In this document: in pieces, positions 59,771 to 64,000 of the stretch
How the letters are laid out: each line of letters starts with the position of its first letter
Numbering within the stretch: position 1 is the first letter of the stretch
Source of the DNA: Eledone cirrhosa
Taxonomy: Eukaryota
Direction: 5' to 3'
Length of the DNA stretch: 64,000 bases
Assembly (NCBI GenBank): GCA_964016885.1
Contig: OZ024752.1
Location: 26,722,001-26,786,000, forward strand
Notes under the pieces: generated by a model
Seen by the model: only the letters and a program-made list of their open reading frames with translations
The model's database searches: none
What the model was told of the DNA's origin: nothing
Program-made: the position numbers and the translations under genes

Positions 59771-59921
59771 TTATTAATACTATATTATCATATTGTGAAA
59801 ATATATCTATAGTTTTAAACTGTTAATTAACAACCATTGTATTGCTTTCTTGTTCCTGTTAATAAAACTCCTTAAAGACACAAAGAATAGTATTTGATAT
59901 TAGAAAATGTATATTACTTAC

Positions 59922-60155
59922 TCAAGATTCCTTTTGGTCGAATAAATTTGCGTAATTGTTGAAAATGCATGGAAATAAATTTTCCAGAATTTACGGTTTT
60001 CTGAAAGTTTATAGATACACGGACGAATTTGTTCAGCTTGTACGTAATTACTTTCATTTTGGAGACATCATATCTTTTTCCTTTTATTATGGTATAATCA
60101 GGAGTAAATCTCAAATAAATTCTGTTCACCTTTATAAGCACCTTATCAAGTGTCT
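59922..60155 (-). CDS. Probable penultimate exon of the upstream gene
   Basis: Open frame TLDKVLIKVNRIYLRF..RPKGIL with |gtaagt donor; phase matches the 58862 acceptor, giving KGILSDYF (cf. HGLLGQF in the ITIH C-terminal domain). Confidence 0.5.
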
Positions 60156-60473
60156 CTAAACAGTTACTGTCTGATATGTTCTTCACATAACCAAAAATAT
60201 ATATTTCTATGAAATAAAGGCAATATAGAAAACGATTACATTACGAATATATACATAGTATTTTACATTTTATTTCGTAAAATTTACGATTCTGCTCAAT
60301 GGATTAAAGTAGAGAGAACACGCTAATTGTAAAAAAAAAGAAAGAAAAGAAAACTTGGAACATGCTGGCATAAAATAAAATAAGTGTTATAGTAAGTCAA
60401 TATATATATTCAAAGAATGAATTATTCAGAATGTATCTGATGGGTTTAAGCATGTTGACCTCTGTGAAACTAT

Positions 60474-60528
<55 letters not shown>

Positions 60529-60744
60529 ACTGTGTAGGATCATTATCACCCAAAACATCATCAAGTATCATCTCCTCTGGTTTAAAACCATCGATCACTA
60601 TCTGGGATTTATAAGTATGTGGGGTAGCACAAACAGGTAATCATTTAACATTATTGTCAACGGCAAATTAACCAGGCATGATATGATAAACTGGAAACTT
60701 TGACTAGAAATATGATCCTCATATATATATATATATATATATAT

Positions 60745-61201
60745 ACAGGCGTACAGTAGTATGTATATATATACATACATGCACACATATAACTCACTCG
60801 ATATGCAAATTAGACTGCTCAGCCGTGAATATGCATAAGGAGGGTATATACTTTCAGACGTTCAATCATCTGGCAGGAAGGTATACGATGCTGACGATAG
60901 CTAATAAGCTTGAAACTAGTACATCGTTCCTGTGTCACTGTTGAACAAAAAGGCCACGGTGGTTGCCTGAACACTGTACGGCGTAATTCGGGCTGTTTGT
61001 TTACAAACAAACCGAACATTATAATAAATGTTCGGTAAACCCATACGTACTTATATATATGTGTGCATGTATGTATATATATACATACTACTGTACGTCT
61101 GTATATATATATATGTATGTACGTATACATACATACTTACATTTAAGTATCAGCCGTGCTAAGACTGAGAAAAGAGATTTCATTTCATTCTTTTCAATTT
61201 A
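60745..61201. mobile_element. Single family A/B-related hammerhead element with short inverted 5' piece
   Basis: Hammerhead 60885-60927 acgatg-CTGACGA-tagct aata agctt-GAAAC-TA-GTA-catcgt; 60745-60790 is the reverse complement of ~61055-61102. Confidence 0.85.
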
Positions 61202-61224
61202 TATATATATATAAATAAATATAC

Positions 61225-61908
61225 CAAGCTGTCTAAAAGTAATGTTAATACTCTCAGGTAAAATACCTTATTAAGTGCTTAGCTGCACATTCCGATTGCA
61301 TTCGTTAGCATAGCTGCAGCCAGAGCTTCGATTATGCTGAACTTCCATGTATATTATTATCTCCTAGACTTAATGATTAATTGATTAATTTAATTAGACA
61401 ATTCTATGGATTGGTTAATATTTATGTTTGTTTAATAACGTCTTGTCGAGAGCTTTATTCGTTTTGTGGAAAGGAGTTTATTCCTTTGTTCAACATTTGA
61501 ATTTCGACCGCCAAAAACCACGTGACGGCCAGCAGTCTGACTGTTATAACTCACACCGGAGAGCGGCATAGAACGGAAACCTGTTGAGAAAGTGAACCCT
61601 CTGTTCGATCTTCCAAAACCAATAACTTGCATACCCCGCAAGTGGATTTGTTGATTTCGAATTTACAGAAACCTACCAGAGATATTGCTTAATATCGACG
61701 CGATGGTCCAGATTTGTCAAATTATCCTGCGTTGGTTTTCTCGTTGCTTTGTTTCTTGCGGCTGGCTTACCGGTCACATTTGCAAAGCTGTCTAAAAGTA
61801 ATGTTATTACTCTAAGGTAAAATACCTTATTGAGTGCTTAGCTGCACATTCCGATTGCATTCGTTCGCATAGCTGCAGCCAGAGCTTCAATTATGCTGAA
61901 CTTCCATT
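61225..61908. mobile_element. (TA)n-inserted unclassified element with ~125-bp terminal direct repeats (period ~560 bp)
   Basis: aagctgtctaaaagtaatgtt...gctgaacttccat at 61226 and 61786. Confidence 0.7.
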
Positions 61909-61962
<54 letters not shown>

Positions 61963-62104
61963 TTGGCCTGTCCAGCCAGTGGGATGGCGTTATCTTATGG
62001 CGAAAACAGCATGACGTGCTGTGACCAGCGGCGCCGAATGGACGTCCGACAGACTGGTCGGTCAAGGTCATCAAGGTGATATACATATATATATACATAT
62101 ATAT

Positions 62105-62196
<92 letters not shown>

Positions 62197-62426
62197 ATAT
62201 ATATACATATATATATATACATATATGTATATATATATACATATGTATGTATATATATATATATATGTATATATATCTATGTATGTATATATATATATGT
62301 ATATATATATACATATATGTATATATATATATGTATATACATATATGTATATATAAATACATATATATATATACATATATGTATATATATATACATATAT
62401 ATAAATACATACATAGATATATTTAC

Positions 62427-62457
<31 letters not shown>

Positions 62458-62828
62458 CATACATAGATATATATACATATATATATATTTATACATGGAT
62501 ATATATATATATACATATATATATATACATATATACATGTATATATATGTATCTATATGTATATATATATGTATTTATATATATATATATATGTGTGTGT
62601 GTATATATATGTATATATATATATACATATATATATATATACATATATATATACATATATATATATACATATATATATATATACATATATATATATACAT
62701 ATATATATATACATATATATATATACATATACATATATATATATACATATATATATACATATATATATATACATATATATACATATATATATATACATAC
62801 ATATATATATACATATAAATATATATAT

Positions 62829-62883
<55 letters not shown>

Positions 62884-62889
62884 GTATAT

Positions 62890-63380
62890 AAATTACCCTA
62901 ATGCTATCCCTAACAACCATGCATCTACACACCATATTAACCGGCAAGCAAACAGCCAGGATAACTGTAACTGTAGAACCAATAGACTTTGCCCCGTAGG
63001 TACAAATTGCTTAATCAAAGACATCATTTACTCATACACGGTCAATACAAACAACTCTTCAAAAACATGTATCAGTTCTAATTCGAACTGCTTCAAGACG
63101 AGATATAACTCGCACCTCCACACTTTCAAAACTCGCCATCTAGTCAACACCACATACACTATCTGAAAACTAAAAATAGACCATACACACTTCAATGAGA
63201 AGTAATAGATAAGACCGTATCGTATAAACCACCGAATAAATTATGTAACCTCTGTCTTCTAGAGACCCGCACTATAATTTATTCTAAACTAAACCTCTTA
63301 AATAGAAAATCAGAAATTTCTTCCATGTGCCAACATCACTACCGACACTCTTTACACAAGTTTAAACCTAGCTGCTAGTA
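62890..63380 (+). mobile_element. Penelope-like GIY-YIG remnant (5'-truncated in (TA)n); AT-rich 3' region continues to the window end
   Basis: NCNCRTNRLCPVGTNCLIKDIIYSY..FKTRYNSHLHTFK..CNLCL; CxCx5C linker as in 5556-7598. Confidence 0.78.
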
Positions 63381-64000
63381 TATAACAATATCATATCTGG
63401 ATTCCTCACCACCATTATCACTTCACCTCGAGGTTTTATCAGCATATAATTACCCCCATAGCATCACACTCTATGATCAGCTCCTTCCTCTACTTACCTC
63501 CTATTTATCTCAAATCTTATACTCTACAATAACTATTAAGAATAAACATAAAGTTACCACCATTTAATATAACTACTATAGTTTACTTGTATTTTATGCA
63601 GTAATGAGTAGATAGTAATATTATAAGACCTTTAATGTATTATAGGAAAATAGATTGTATATAAAATTAAATATATAAATAAATAGCATTATATAAAAGG
63701 GATTCACTTATGACATAATATATTAGCACAAGGAATTTAATTAAGTGGGGCTGTAAACAACTATACAATTTTTCTATTATATACAAATTAATCGCTAATT
63801 ACATCCCATTTCACATTAGCTCCCCTTAATATAGATCTCTAATTTACTTCCTGAAATTAAACCGTTAGACAGATCACTCTAGAACAACTCGAACCATGGA
63901 TAAGATTGTAATAGGACCAATATACATAGTTGTAACTACTTATAAACATTCACTAAAATATAACCAATGTAATGGAAAAGAAAACAATAATATTAATACT

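Overview
Repeat-dense eukaryotic DNA, most likely from an octopus/coleoid cephalopod (inferred from the huge (TA/CA)n tracts and the SINE/LINE types). Nearly all IYIY-type ORFs in the track are microsatellite artefacts. The host gene is a spliced, minus-strand inter-alpha-trypsin-inhibitor heavy chain (ITIH/VIT-domain)-like gene. Its signal-peptide exon is at 56299-56376 and its VIT exons at 21521-21678, 20179-20289 and 19822-20072, giving a ~34.6-kb first intron. Probable last exons of an upstream neighbour or paralog lie at 58.7-60.2 kb. The introns hold an intact CR1-group LINE ORF2, decayed Penelope-like elements (RT + GIY-YIG), an internally deleted Helitron, an L1/Tx1 LINE, RTE fragments and tRNA-derived SINEs. 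The main unexplained structure is a diverse set of non-coding elements inserted in (TA)n that carry type I hammerhead ribozymes (retrozyme or Penelope-pLTR like). These include tandem arrays of ~482, ~420, ~467 and ~319-bp units, one of them 12 near-identical copies. They show helix covariation between families, a U3-A8 catalytic-core variant and ribozymes with very long stem II inserts. Most share a tail-out inverted architecture joined at short microhomologies.
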